A stretch of DNA of 63,796 nucleotides, filler included, from Globobulimina sp. (Eukaryota), in assembly GCA_003354225.1 (NCBI GenBank). It is 38 parts of 38 records of this genome, joined end to end, with 100 filler letters (N's around TTAATTAATTAA, not from the genome) between each part and the next. Parts side by side here need not be neighbours in the genome. Positions count along the whole stretch, not along the records: positions 1 to 1,583 come from PIVH01014521.1; positions 1,684 to 3,266 come from PIVH01014522.1; positions 3,367 to 4,949 come from PIVH01014523.1; positions 5,050 to 6,632 come from PIVH01014524.1; positions 6,733 to 8,315 come from PIVH01014525.1; positions 8,416 to 9,998 come from PIVH01014526.1; positions 10,099 to 11,681 come from PIVH01014527.1; 31 more parts are not named here. One strand, 5' to 3'. The notes under the pieces are model-generated. The model was not told the origin of the DNA, did no database searches, and was given only the letters and a program-made list of their open reading frames with translations. This document shows, piece after piece, positions 1 through 11,644 of the stretch. The position numbers and the translations under genes were made by a program. The first letter of the stretch is position 1. The number at the start of each line of letters is the position of its first letter.

Positions 1-1
1 G

Positions 2-1583
2 TGGCAAGAATTAGTACATGATAATGATCAGCAGTTATTGCAAAAGGATGAAAGTGAGATTAAAATAAATATAATCACAACCAAACAAGCAAAGCAATTC
101 ATGGCAAACCGAGCCAATCAGCACATTGCCTGGGAAAACGAGAATGAATTAAAATTTACTGAATGTGCCTGGGAGGCCTCAATATTGAGTCAATTTGGAC
201 GGAGTCGTAATAAAAAATTTAGGATTGCCGCATTTAGATTTATTGAATCAAATTTATACGGGATTATCAATCAATTTTTTTTATGTTTGCATTTAGCGAC
301 ATCGCTGTTCGAACCGTCCACACCTTTGGAGCTGCGCAACAATGGATTGTCAAATACTGTATTAACTATCATTGCTTTTTGTATTTTAATGGAATGGTTG
401 GATGTATTTTTGATAATTTATCGACGGTATATAGAATTTAGTATAGCTGAGCCATTTTTGACGCAATTATATGAAATAAATCATGGCGCGGCACATAAAT
501 ATACAAAATTAGTAAAAAAATATAGAAAATATAACAAATTGATGCGCCGATTGTATCTGGTATTTGTTGGTCCGAAATGGCAAATATTTTTGGTTCATTG
601 TGCATTAAATGTATTAATTTTATTTAATTTCCTAACCCGCGCATGTTACAGAATTGGTTATTTGTCATATTATTTGCCGGTTTTACCATTTTTATTGCTA
701 ATTCGGAATGAAACAATACTTAAATTTTCGGCAGATTTTCTCTTTGCAGTCAATTATGCCAAAGACGTACTATTAAGTTACATTTCGTTCATATTGATAT
801 TTGCCATTTTGTCGCAATCATTATTTAAAACCGCAGTGAATGCATCAGAGTTTAGCGAGTCATTCGAAACCATGACGCAAGCATTGATCACAGCATTTGT
901 TTATATTTCAACATCTGAAAATTACACATTTATGTACGATGTATTCGATGCAAACTATTATATGAAGCATGCCGACGGTTTGCTGATCAATGCAACCTTT
1001 CTTTCATTATCCTTTGCCATGATTGGTTTGTTTATTTTTGTGCCGTTAATTATACATCGTTTTGAATTGGCATTTGAGGAACGAACAATATTACAAAATC
1101 AGCAAAATATTGCCTCCAAAGAGAATGCCATCGTCGCCGCGTTTATTTTATTAGACATGAACGGCGATTTAGATATCGACCAACAGGAATTCCACTCTTT
1201 GGTGAATTCGTCAATTTTAGTGGACAAAAATAAATTATTTGATGCCTTTGATGACAACAAAAGTGGCGGTATTAATATCAATGAATTTGTGCAACATTTA
1301 TTAAAACAAACATTTCGAAGCAAAGTGCGATCGAAAAGAATGCCAAAACAAAATAAGTTGCGAGCATATCTCGAATGTAATGTGGTGAGACATCCATTAT
1401 ACAAAACGGGCATTTTATGCGGTTTGGTTATTCCTTTTATTATGATCAGTTTATTAAAAGGCGTGGAAACTAATTTCAGTGAAACGTATTTAAATTATGC
1501 ATTATACGCCTTCTTTTTATTAAATATGTTTGAAATACATTTTGTAGTTTTTATATATGGCATTGACAGATATTTCGATTTGC
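2..1583 (+). CDS. Two-pore channel (TPC)-like cation channel with EF-hands, partial at both ends
   Basis: Six-TM repeat, pore-like TAFVYISTSENY, two EF-hand loops (DMNGDLDIDQQE, DDNKSGGININE), then the start of a second TM repeat; frame open across the contig. Confidence 0.75.
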
Positions 1584-1683
1584 NNNNNNNNNNNNNNNNN
1601 NNNNNNNNNNNNNNNNNNNNNNNNNNNTTAATTAATTAANNNNNNNNNNNNNNNNNNNNNNNNNNNNNNNNNNNNNNNNNNNN
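1584..1683. other. Artificial contig spacer (44 N + TTAATTAATTAA + 44 N); first of 37 identical spacers about 1.68 kb apart, the last at 62117-62216
   Basis: Identical N-run and six-frame-stop linker between contigs whose lengths fall from 1583 to 1580 bp. Confidence 0.99.
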
Positions 1684-1685
1684 AA

Positions 1686-2240
1686 TTAAATTATAATGAA
1701 TTAAGTGGCAGTAAAAGACATTTATGGATCGAACCTCATGATCTTGCAACATTTATTCAAACACAATATAAAGAATACAAACTGTGCACTCAACTGATTA
1801 TTTATGAAAACAACAATTGCAAACAAGTCGAAAAACAGTTGAAAATGAGAAAAATAACACGTAGAAACGAAACGGTCGAATATGACAAATACATTACACA
1901 ATGTTCAGATATTCGAAATATGATTTATCATTTCTTTGAAACGCATAAATTGCCGATTATTATGGATGATGGTGAATATAGTTATGTTATGTTAGCAATT
2001 TATTGTGATAATAACAAGAATTACTGGTATTTAATTGGTGATCCTCACTATGGAATGTTGTTTGGCAAAAGAGACCCAAAAAAGAATTGGAATGAATTGG
2101 GAAGAAACAGTCATGAAAACAACAACGTATTTGATTATGGAGTGGATTACGCTAAAATGCAATGGAAACAATCGACATTTTTTGAAAATTCACGTAAAAC
2201 ATGGATGCTGTTATTCGTATTTCATGATTTCTGCATCTAA
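1686..2240 (+). CDS. UFSP-like peptidase C78 family protein, C-terminal part
   Basis: Frame open from the contig start: GSKRHLWIE ... LPIIMDDGEYSYVMLAI ... YLIGDPHY, same order as UFSP motifs GSxxWIG / PVMIGGG / FLILDPHY; catalytic Cys region not in the contig. Confidence 0.55.
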   Translation, partial: LNYNELSGSKRHLWIEPHDLATFIQTQYKEYKLCTQLIIYENNNCKQVEKQLKMRKITRRNETVEYDKYITQCSDIRNMIYHFFETHKLPIIMDDGEYSYVMLAIYCDNNKNYWYLIGDPHYGMLFGKRDPKKNWNELGRNSHENNNVFDYGVDYAKMQWKQSTFFENSRKTWMLLFVFHDFCI

Positions 2241-2323
2241 GAATATGGCTTTTTATATGCATATTTAAATTATGCGAAAAAAATTTACCGGCCCAAATAT
2301 AATTTTTACCAAATGCAATATGA

Positions 2324-3265
2324 CTAAATATGAATATTACGATCTGTGCAAGATGTTAGATTAACAAGAAAGTAAGCGATATTACGTAAAGTTTTGCTTG
2401 CTTCTGGAATGACCCCCGCCATTAATGGCAACTCATGCAAAGATGATCCACGATTAACCTCCAAAATATATCTTACATTTTCATACTGCTCTTTCATGCT
2501 TGACATTTCCTTCGCTTTATTTGCTTTATCAAACACCATAATTGCATCATCATACAACGCTTCCAATTCTGAAACAGTAATATATAACGAAGGCAACCGC
2601 TCAAAAGATCCAAAACACGGACTGATTTTAGGCGAACTGAACTCAATTTTACTTTGCATGCTATCACATTGTTGCTGATCATGTTTCGCATCATTTCCCC
2701 GTAATATTTTATGCGTTTTTGAATCCACTTTAAAAATTCCAAACACATACTGCCGATACAACTTAATTGAGTCATAAAATATTATCGGATCATACATCGC
2801 ATTTGTTTGCCACGAACCTTGTCCATCATTCAGTGTCCAATCACAGCCCACCGAGATCAACACAGCACCGCCAACATTATTACTGATACGGTTATGGGCC
2901 CGAGCTGCTATTTTCTGCATGAACAGCAACGCCAAACTGCCTCCAGAACTGTCCCCAATGAGATAGATTTTATGCATTGCCACTCCCAGTTCTTGATGCA
3001 AATATTTATTGATCATAAATGAAACATCCACACTTTGACAGGGAAATATACATTCGGGGGACAAGCGATAATCAAATGCCATGATCGGAGGTGGTATCTC
3101 ATTGTCGCCCAATATATCACCCATATACGCGGATAATTGAGTTAAATATGGCAGCAAATGAGAGGCAGAGCCCATCACTAAAGCGCCCCCATGGATAGCT
3201 ACGATAACACCAGTTTTGGGCAAATTGGATTTCATAGTGGTTAACTCCGAGGATGTTAATGCAGA
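2324..3265 (-). CDS. Alpha/beta hydrolase, hormone-sensitive lipase (GDXG) family esterase, 5' partial
   Basis: HGGA oxyanion motif, DYRLSPE, GDSSGG nucleophile elbow, E-x-L-x-D-D and a C-terminal His. Confidence 0.9.
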   Translation of the reverse strand, partial: SALTSSELTTMKSNLPKTGVIVAIHGGALVMGSASHLLPYLTQLSAYMGDILGDNEIPPPIMAFDYRLSPECIFPCQSVDVSFMINKYLHQELGVAMHKIYLIGDSSGGSLALLFMQKIAARAHNRISNNVGGAVLISVGCDWTLNDGQGSWQTNAMYDPIIFYDSIKLYRQYVFGIFKVDSKTHKILRGNDAKHDQQQCDSMQSKIEFSSPKISPCFGSFERLPSLYITVSELEALYDDAIMVFDKANKAKEMSSMKEQYENVRYILEVNRGSSLHELPLMAGVIPEASKTLRNIAYFLVNLTSCTDRNIHI

Positions 3266-4731
3266 ANNNNNNNNNNNNNNNNNNNNNNNNNNNNNNNNNN
3301 NNNNNNNNNNTTAATTAATTAANNNNNNNNNNNNNNNNNNNNNNNNNNNNNNNNNNNNNNNNNNNNGGGATTTAGAGCAAAATTTGACAGATGCTGGCTA
3401 TGAAAAAGGTAATGATTACTTTGTATCGTACGGTAACAACGATTATAATATTGGCGTACATATTCTTGTTATTTAGAATTCTTTCCGATTAACTGACATA
3501 CAGTTTTCCTGTTACTAACTTTTTTTGCCACGTGTACCTTGCCACCATCGCAGTTTAGTACAGTCCATCAAAAGAAATAGAAACTGATTTAAATACGACA
3601 TTTATATTATATGCATTCCACGTGCGATGTGATTATGATAACACTCAAAAATAACATGATTACTAATGAACTAAACCAATTAAAAACGATGATTGAGATT
3701 GGTATCAAAATATTACGCAGATTATATAATTAGGGAGAAATATATGACTATCCTCGCACTGCTGGAAGATGGTGGTCCCATTATCACCATTCTAAGCAAA
3801 CGGAAACTAAATCCTTTCCAACCATTCTAAGGAAAAGTATTTAGTATTCCCATTCATCAAATCATTCGCATTGATGCCATCCACGACATTCTCAGGTGTC
3901 TATAGTTTGAAACTGAAAAAATTGTTGGAACTGAAAAATCGATTTCAAACTAAAAAACATGTAAAATTACACAGAAAAACCATTCGGTTTATGCACGTAA
4001 TTCAAATGGAACAAAATTATACGTAGCAATAACAAATTAAGGCAAACCATGGCAAAGTCCTTCGATACCGTCGATAACGAGACGACGACATTAATCATGG
4101 CGAATTATGGCGAATTATCAATATCAATATCAATTATCAATTATTAAATTAAATCAATCAAAATTAAACTGTCCCAATGCCATTGTGACGGTACATGGGC
4201 GCAATGATCGTATGATCGAGTTGGCTTCGTACTGCTTCTGAAGCATTGCTTTGCATCTCGCTGTGTGTCCACTGAACCCGTTCATCGGTAGTTCGCTGCG
4301 CATGCACTCTTTTGAGGAGAGCTCGGCTTTGTAGATTGAGATAGTGCGGTCACCATCGAGTGATTGCGGGAGTTGTTGCCTATCGCATTGGCATTGGGCC
4401 ACAGAAGCGCCTGCTGCAAAGGCTATATTTCTAAGTCGTCCCTTCGGCCACTTACGATACGGTGAGCCGTCGTGATATTATTCACCAGATAGTATCCTCA
4501 AACCCTGGGGGGCTCCATGCAAATTTTTATTTACCCCATCACGTAATTTTTGAATGCAATCACATCCACAATGCAATGAATGCATATAATATCATATAAT
4601 ATAATATAACAGGATTTGTATAATGTATATGCTTTCAAACAATTTTTAATACAATTAAATTTGTCGTATAAAATCTGAGATTGTCCGTCCGATCGCAAAG
4701 TTTTCTTTTTAGTGAACAGGTAAAATACGCA

Positions 4732-4949
4732 ATGGACAGTAAACAGCCAAAAGAAAACAAACAACGCTCAGTGCCACCAACACAAACAAACAAACAAAAC
4801 GATGATGCATCAAAACCTTTGATTGATTTTGATATATTTTTAGAGAATAAAACAAATGAAATGGATAATGAGAGTGATGAATGTAGGCAGAAAGCAAATG
4901 ACTGCAAAGCAATAAAGCGAGTGATTGCGGGGTTGATTTATTATGAAAT
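4732..4949 (+). CDS. Hypothetical protein, N-terminal fragment (same family as 31966-32226)
   Basis: ATG-initiated frame running off the contig; motif IDFxIF...C-x(2)-[IL]KRV-x(3)-L-x-YY shared with 31966-32226. Confidence 0.55.
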
Positions 4950-5256
4950 NNNNNNNNNNNNNNNNNNNNNNNNNNNNNNNNNNNNNNNNNNNNTTAATTA
5001 ATTAANNNNNNNNNNNNNNNNNNNNNNNNNNNNNNNNNNNNNNNNNNNNATAAACAATTTAAGGAGATCTTATTTGGTGATCAGTTCTACAAAAATATGA
5101 ATAGTTTTTGTAGACAGTTGAACTTATCAAAAACAGAAAAGTGTTTGTTGGGAATTGAAGAATGGTAGAATACTACGCATTATTCGTTTCAGTCTATATT
5201 CTCTGTTTCAATCTGACAATGCCTATTTTTTATATAATTTTTAATCATTTTCTCTC

Positions 5257-6579
5257 ATGGCATGGCTTGGTGAAACTTTCAAATTATGTCAAAAATTGGA
5301 GAAATCCATCGGCAATCTTGATTCAAAAGCATGGAATGAGTGTTGCATTGCATTAGAAAAAATTGAAAGTGAGTTAAATGCAGAGACTGCAGTTTCGGTT
5401 CGAAATAAACCTTTCAACATATTACCACTCAATATGCAAAACAAGATAATATTACAACAAAAAGAATTATGGATAACAAGTGAAACAAATAAAAAATCTG
5501 TCGAACAAATTTTAAAACATCTTATATTTTATACAAATCAGCAGTTTTGGTTATTGTTGACTAAATATCAATATTCCGTTTGCCCTAAATCCATTTTACA
5601 AAGAACACGCAGGTTGGCAACAATTGCCATGGCACATAATAATTGTTGCCGAGCCTTTGGCCAATTTGATTTGATCAATCACTTTGCTCAAAGAGTTGAA
5701 AAGCAAACTAAAATATCTCTAATAACAACAATACAATTTACTGAGCGATGCGGTGCTGACGAATGGGAATACATATTCTGGCACGCATTCACTTCTTTGA
5801 ATCAGTCCGTTGATTTTGGAAATCAAACTAAATGTCTACGGGCAATATCCGGCTTTATGTTGTTTTTTGGTGCAAAATACATTGAAAATATGTTGTCGAC
5901 TAAAAGTCACAAACAATTACAAAATGAAATGGTTTCGATGTGGTGGGAAGGCCTAGAAAAACTGTCAAATATTGATGCGATAAAATTAAGCAAAGTGATA
6001 ATTAGTTGGCGTAACCGTATAGACATTGAAAATTATGGCAAAATGTTTATACCGAATAGATTTGAACAAGATGCCTTCGCTCCTAATAAATTGGTAGGAA
6101 ACATAGCTTTTTTTTATGCTAAAATGCATTTACAAAATAAAAGATATTTGGCAGCAAAATATGAATTTATTTATGCGATTGATAATGCGACATCGTTTGC
6201 GATGATATGTTTGTCATTGCAAGATTTAAGTAAAATTTGTAGATGTTGTGGTGAATATGGAATTGGTTTAAAATGTTTAAAATATGCATATAAATTATGT
6301 TATATTGATAATGAAACATATATTACGCCATCATTTTTAGACAGATATGGTAAAAAAAAGAGATTATTTATAAACAAATTGAAGAAAACGAAATGTGGAT
6401 ATTGTGGAATGAGAAAAGGAAGGAAATTGCGGCCATGTAGCGGATGTATGAAAGTAATGTATTGCAATAGAAAATGTCAAAAAAAGCATTGGAAAAATAT
6501 ACATCATAATAATTGTGACAACAAGTTTTGGTCTCGTAATTATAATCTGCTTAAATCTGCTATTTTCAATGTTGTTTAA
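5257..6579 (+). CDS. MYND zinc-finger protein with helical/TPR-like region
   Basis: C-terminal CGYC...CSGC...YCNRKCQKKHWKNIHHNNC matches the zf-MYND pattern. Confidence 0.85.
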   Translation: MAWLGETFKLCQKLEKSIGNLDSKAWNECCIALEKIESELNAETAVSVRNKPFNILPLNMQNKIILQQKELWITSETNKKSVEQILKHLIFYTNQQFWLLLTKYQYSVCPKSILQRTRRLATIAMAHNNCCRAFGQFDLINHFAQRVEKQTKISLITTIQFTERCGADEWEYIFWHAFTSLNQSVDFGNQTKCLRAISGFMLFFGAKYIENMLSTKSHKQLQNEMVSMWWEGLEKLSNIDAIKLSKVIISWRNRIDIENYGKMFIPNRFEQDAFAPNKLVGNIAFFYAKMHLQNKRYLAAKYEFIYAIDNATSFAMICLSLQDLSKICRCCGEYGIGLKCLKYAYKLCYIDNETYITPSFLDRYGKKKRLFINKLKKTKCGYCGMRKGRKLRPCSGCMKVMYCNRKCQKKHWKNIHHNNCDNKFWSRNYNLLKSAIFNVV

Positions 6580-6733
6580 AAGCCTTTGGATGTCTTTCCT
6601 TTTAGAACCTGTCTGATGGATACAATACACAGNNNNNNNNNNNNNNNNNNNNNNNNNNNNNNNNNNNNNNNNNNNNTTAATTAATTAANNNNNNNNNNNN
6701 NNNNNNNNNNNNNNNNNNNNNNNNNNNNNNNNG

Positions 6734-8315
6734 ATTTCTTACATCCGTAATTACAAAGGAGAAACTCTGGACAAAACAGGATATCTCAAGTGCTGGTTTG
6801 GAACACCAAATGACACTGCTAAAAATTGGGGCAATGAAGAAAGAGCAACAATTGATTTCAAACAACCATATGTAACTCAATTCACACGTGACGATCGCGT
6901 AATATTGCGCATCAGAATACAAGATCAACCATATGATGTATGGGACAATGAAGGATTACCTGGACGACCATTATTAATGCCCAGAGCAACACATTGTCGT
7001 ATGTATGCAGAGGCAGGACAATTCACATTGAGAACTGTAGTGGAAGAATCTATCGGTGTTATCAAAAATTTTGCTAAGACTAATGAGAATCGTGCATTGG
7101 ATCTACGATATGCAGGTTCAGACGCACCGAAGGATCTTTTACTATGGTCAGTAGTTGTGGCAGGAAAAGATGGTACAGAAGAAGAAGTAACGGTTTATCC
7201 ATGTTACATGTTCCCACAAAGAGATACGTATAATGCGGATACGGCATCACTTGGAGCTTTTTGTTACTTGCATTATATTCCATCGAAAGTAACCAAGATG
7301 ATGATTCCTCGAGAGAAACGAATAGTTCCAGATGGAGACACTTCAATGACAGACAGTTGTTCATCAGGGGATGAAGATGAACCACATCACAAACATCAGG
7401 TAGTTATTATTAAATCACAAGTTGTTAAATGCATCATCGGAGAAGAAGCTTGGAAACGATTGTTTGCATGGGCAACACCATCAACGATCAGTGCTGCTTT
7501 CATACCTAAGTTGTGGCGCCACCTTAGGCCTGGGTTCCATGATTTTGATTTTTTAATCATGATGTATTCACGTGCTCATGCTCTTTTGGTAATGAATGAA
7601 TTAAATATCATCAGAAAACGATCAGCACAATTACTGTTGAATGTCACGGCATTTGTCAAACACCGATATCCTAACTTGGTTTTTGAAATTTTTGTACCAA
7701 AAGCCCGGTATTGTCCCGTACAGAAGCTCAAGAAGATTATCAGTCAGTTTACCTTTCATTTGAGTAAACCACTGGCGATCAAATTGTTGCATTCTAATGT
7801 GGACCCGGAAGACGGGGTACAAACCTTTTTAGTCGACAATAACATTCCTGGCGGAAATGCGTATGTTACACAAACCCAGCAGGTGTATGTAGAGGAAGAT
7901 GTTGTTCGTGATCCAGATGGTCCTATTTGGGCATCAAACACGCTGGACACACCTGACCCACGTTTGGTGTCGGATCAACCTCCGTCTGCTGGTAGTCAAA
8001 TGGTAGTAGCGGGACGCAGTGTCACTATCAATTTAAATCCAGTGTCAGCAATTCCGTTTATTCACAAAATACAGAAGTCAGATGTTGTTGCACTACAAAT
8101 AACACCAGTATTGAGTCACAAAGCTCAACAAGCTATGGTGGACCAAGTAATGGAAAACGGTATCTTTAAATCATTGGAAAGAGAAGAGGTAATGCCGGAA
8201 ACAGGAGTTGATGCAGAGAGACGTAATCATGTACCGGGAGCGAAATCTGTGGACAAATGCAGCAAAAACAAATGTATTGAATCGTTTTTGGGAGTCGAAT
8301 TTTCATCCAATTTAG
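6734..8315 (+). CDS. Unrecognised protein, partial at both ends
   Basis: One stop-free frame spanning the whole contig (about 527 codons), no apparent introns. Confidence 0.8.
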
Positions 8316-8415
8316 NNNNNNNNNNNNNNNNNNNNNNNNNNNNNNNNNNNNNNNNNNNNTTAATTAATTAANNNNNNNNNNNNNNNNNNNNNNNNNNNNN
8401 NNNNNNNNNNNNNNN

Positions 8416-9981
8416 GCCAAAGTATTAAACATTAATAATGTGACATTTTCTGATATTACCACACCAATAAATATGAATTTATTTAGTGTTATTTCCACTG
8501 GGAACACACCGATTGATTTAGATGTTGATTATTTATCATTTTCTGTAGTGAACACAAATTATTATTTTTATATTGAAGGGAGAGTTGTATTAAACATAGG
8601 TCGGCATTTATCGTTTGATTCTATTGATAACTTAGTTGGAGCCCAAGATGCGTTGGGTATTTATGCCGCAAACTCCGCATTTAGTGATTTTAATAGTTTA
8701 TTTGAGATATTTATTGAAGACCCAATGTCTTTATTTGATATGAATATCACTAATATGGATTTTATAAATGGTGTAAATGTATTATCTGTCGATTTAGCGG
8801 CGGGAATATCCATAAACAAAGCATCCATATTATTTAAAGGCTCGTATTATAACGGTTTAACACTCACAAATGAAGAGGATCATATATTTGCTGTGCATAG
8901 CGATGGTTTATCATTAGATTTTACGTTCGATGGTGGAGATTTTATAAATATACTTGCAAACAATAGTATATCTTCATGTATCTCACTAACTGGTGGCATA
9001 AATGTTGTTGTCGACATTTCGGACTCTGTATTTATTGACGTTTCGGCCATAAGAATCGATAGAACTAATACAGATCAATCGGCAAATTCATCACTTATCG
9101 ATATTCATAGTTGTGTATTTTTATCCTCATGGGATTCTAATATGGTATTTGTTACTAAATTGTCGGTCAACGATGAGTTATCTATATCCCATTGTAATTT
9201 TACTAAATCTGGCGTTGATATATCACTATTAAACAATGTTATAAATGATAATGATTTAGCAACGGAATTAGTAGCCATTGGTACTGACAAAGTGTCTGTG
9301 ACTGTCGATAACTGTTTATTTGATCAAATGGTTACATTTCCAGTGTATACAATTGATGACTTAGCAACCGATAATATGGCAGCAGATAACAATACATATA
9401 ATATAATCAGACCAAATATGAAATTTTCAAATAATAAATATTTTAATCATAATATCAATGGCAGCGTTCTTGTTGATATCCAAGTATACGATTCAAATAA
9501 TAATGTATTTGATATTCCGCGAATACAATTTGAAAATGATGAATTTTCAGCGAACAATATCAGTGCTTGTATTGCTATCTCTTTCCAAGAAACGCAAATT
9601 AATTTTGCATTAGCACGCAATTTGACCGGTACTGTGTTATTAAGCGATACTAATTTCATCAACAACGATGCAACAGCAATGGTGTCGGTATCTGGTTTTA
9701 CGCAAAATAATATATTTATATTCGATTCATTATTTGAGTCCAACACAGTGGATAATATTATGTCTGTTGTAGGTTTTGGTGATGCTAATTTTACAAATTC
9801 GCGCTTCATTTCCAACCATGTGAGCCAAACATTATTACCATTCACTTTAGATTCAACAGAAATTAGTTTCACGTCCTGCGACTTCAACAACAATACGGTC
9901 AGATTATGTGTTTTGGCATTTAATGGAAGAGGAACCGTAATAATATTGGATACAGAGTTGGTTGGATCAAAAATATTTTGA
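8416..9981 (+). CDS. Extracellular right-handed beta-helix (pectin-lyase-like/Pmp-like) repeat protein, 5' partial
   Basis: N/S/D/I/F-rich and poor in basic residues; recurring FxxN motifs (TNFINN, SLFESN, SRFISN, CDFNNN). Confidence 0.6.
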   Translation, partial: AKVLNINNVTFSDITTPINMNLFSVISTGNTPIDLDVDYLSFSVVNTNYYFYIEGRVVLNIGRHLSFDSIDNLVGAQDALGIYAANSAFSDFNSLFEIFIEDPMSLFDMNITNMDFINGVNVLSVDLAAGISINKASILFKGSYYNGLTLTNEEDHIFAVHSDGLSLDFTFDGGDFINILANNSISSCISLTGGINVVVDISDSVFIDVSAIRIDRTNTDQSANSSLIDIHSCVFLSSWDSNMVFVTKLSVNDELSISHCNFTKSGVDISLLNNVINDNDLATELVAIGTDKVSVTVDNCLFDQMVTFPVYTIDDLATDNMAADNNTYNIIRPNMKFSNNKYFNHNINGSVLVDIQVYDSNNNVFDIPRIQFENDEFSANNISACIAISFQETQINFALARNLTGTVLLSDTNFINNDATAMVSVSGFTQNNIFIFDSLFESNTVDNIMSVVGFGDANFTNSRFISNHVSQTLLPFTLDSTEISFTSCDFNNNTVRLCVLAFNGRGTVIILDTELVGSKIF

Positions 9982-10099
9982 CTCTTTTCAGTAATTTTNN
10001 NNNNNNNNNNNNNNNNNNNNNNNNNNNNNNNNNNNNNNNNNNTTAATTAATTAANNNNNNNNNNNNNNNNNNNNNNNNNNNNNNNNNNNNNNNNNNNNA

Positions 10100-10843
10100 A
10101 CAAAGGAGGAATGGAATCCCATTAAACAAGACGTTAAAAAAGGCGCATTGCGCTATTTTAAATATGGAGATTTACCGTTTAATTACGGATTCATTCCACA
10201 AACGTGGGAAGACCCTGCACATAACTCTCAATTCTCTGATAGCAGCGACTTATTTGGCGACAATGACCCGATTGATGTGGTTGAATTGTCAGATACTTCT
10301 CATATGTTGGAAAGAGGACTAATTATTCCTATAAAAGTACTTGCTGTGTTAGGCTTGATTGACGAAGGTGAGACTGATTGGAAAATTATAGGTTTACGAT
10401 GGAATCATCCGGAAATTAATAATATAAATAATATGCAGGATGCGAATCACATTTTGGGTCACAATGTAACGGATTTGATTGTGGATTGGTTTGAGAATTA
10501 TAAGGTGCCCGATGGCAAAGACATAAATCAGTTTAGCCATAATAAAGAATATCGCAGTTCGGAGGTGGCGGTGCAGATAATTGAGGAATGCCATCGTTCG
10601 TGGAATGATTTGATATTAGGTGGTGTGGTGGATAATGAATTGAATTTAACTTCAGTGACACAAAAATATTTGATTGCACAAGGGTTGACTTCAAGGAATA
10701 AGTTGGATGCTTTGCCCAACATTGAATATCCGCGATTGATTAATTGGCAACCGAGACCCATGCAAAAAGTGCAAACTATTGATCATTTACAAGAGGATTA
10801 TGATGCGGATGAACCATCGCCTGATCAGGAAAGGAAAACATGA
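10100..10843 (+). CDS. PPA: Family I soluble inorganic pyrophosphatase (eukaryotic type), 5' partial
   Basis: NPIKQDVKKG, NYGFIPQTWEDP, GDNDPIDVVE, DEGETDWK, YKVPDGK. Confidence 0.96.
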   Translation, partial: TKEEWNPIKQDVKKGALRYFKYGDLPFNYGFIPQTWEDPAHNSQFSDSSDLFGDNDPIDVVELSDTSHMLERGLIIPIKVLAVLGLIDEGETDWKIIGLRWNHPEINNINNMQDANHILGHNVTDLIVDWFENYKVPDGKDINQFSHNKEYRSSEVAVQIIEECHRSWNDLILGGVVDNELNLTSVTQKYLIAQGLTSRNKLDALPNIEYPRLINWQPRPMQKVQTIDHLQEDYDADEPSPDQERKT

Positions 10844-10997
10844 GGATATCAACAACAAATCGTTGCTGCATTTGTATGTGTTACTAAATGTAATTTAGGC
10901 TCTTAAAACAAAAATAAAATAAAAACAAAAAAACGTTGCTATATATACAGGCAAATGTTCCATATAATAACAGATGACTACTTGACTACTCGATTAA

Positions 10998-11644
10998 TTA
11001 TTTAACATTCTCGCGTGGAAACAAACGTATTTTAAACCCATTTTCCATATTCAATACCAATGATTGTGCTTTTTTAACATTTTGATGATTAATAGCTTCA
11101 AATGTATATCTTCTGAACAATCCAATTGAGACAAGTTTTGCTTCCATGATAGCAACATGTCGACCTAAACATAATCGCGGAGCAATGTTAAATGCTGGAA
11201 ATATATGCGGAGCATAACTGAGTACACCTTTTGATAAAAACCTTTCCGGTTTGAATATCTCCGCATCCTCTCCCCAAAGTTTCTTATTTCGGCCTTGCGT
11301 ATAAGTGGGAATTATCACAGCATTCCCTTTTTTTATTACAAATTTTTCATTTCCTGGCAATTCAACATCGCGAACAGCAAATCTTACCAACGATGGAACC
11401 GCCGGATATAATCTTAATGTTTCACATAACGCAGCTTCTAAATATTTAAAGTATGAATTTCCTCCTTTACTTTTACGCCTTTTCTCATCAACATAAACAT
11501 TTTGTATATTTTGATAGGTTAATTCTTTCTAATTTTTATAAAAATTATCAATTTCATTGTATATTTTACTTAAAACATCAGAATTCTCTTTTTTTGATAA
11601 CAGATAAAAAAACCAGGATAATGTTATGCGCGTAGTATCCCGTC
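10998..11644 (-). CDS. Cytochrome P450 (CYP86/704-like), last exon, with an in-frame TAG at 11529-11531 (possible pseudogene)
   Basis: After an AG acceptor at 11645-11646: GRDTT (I helix), ETLRLYP (ExxR), KPERF, FNIAPRLCLG heme motif. Confidence 0.9.
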
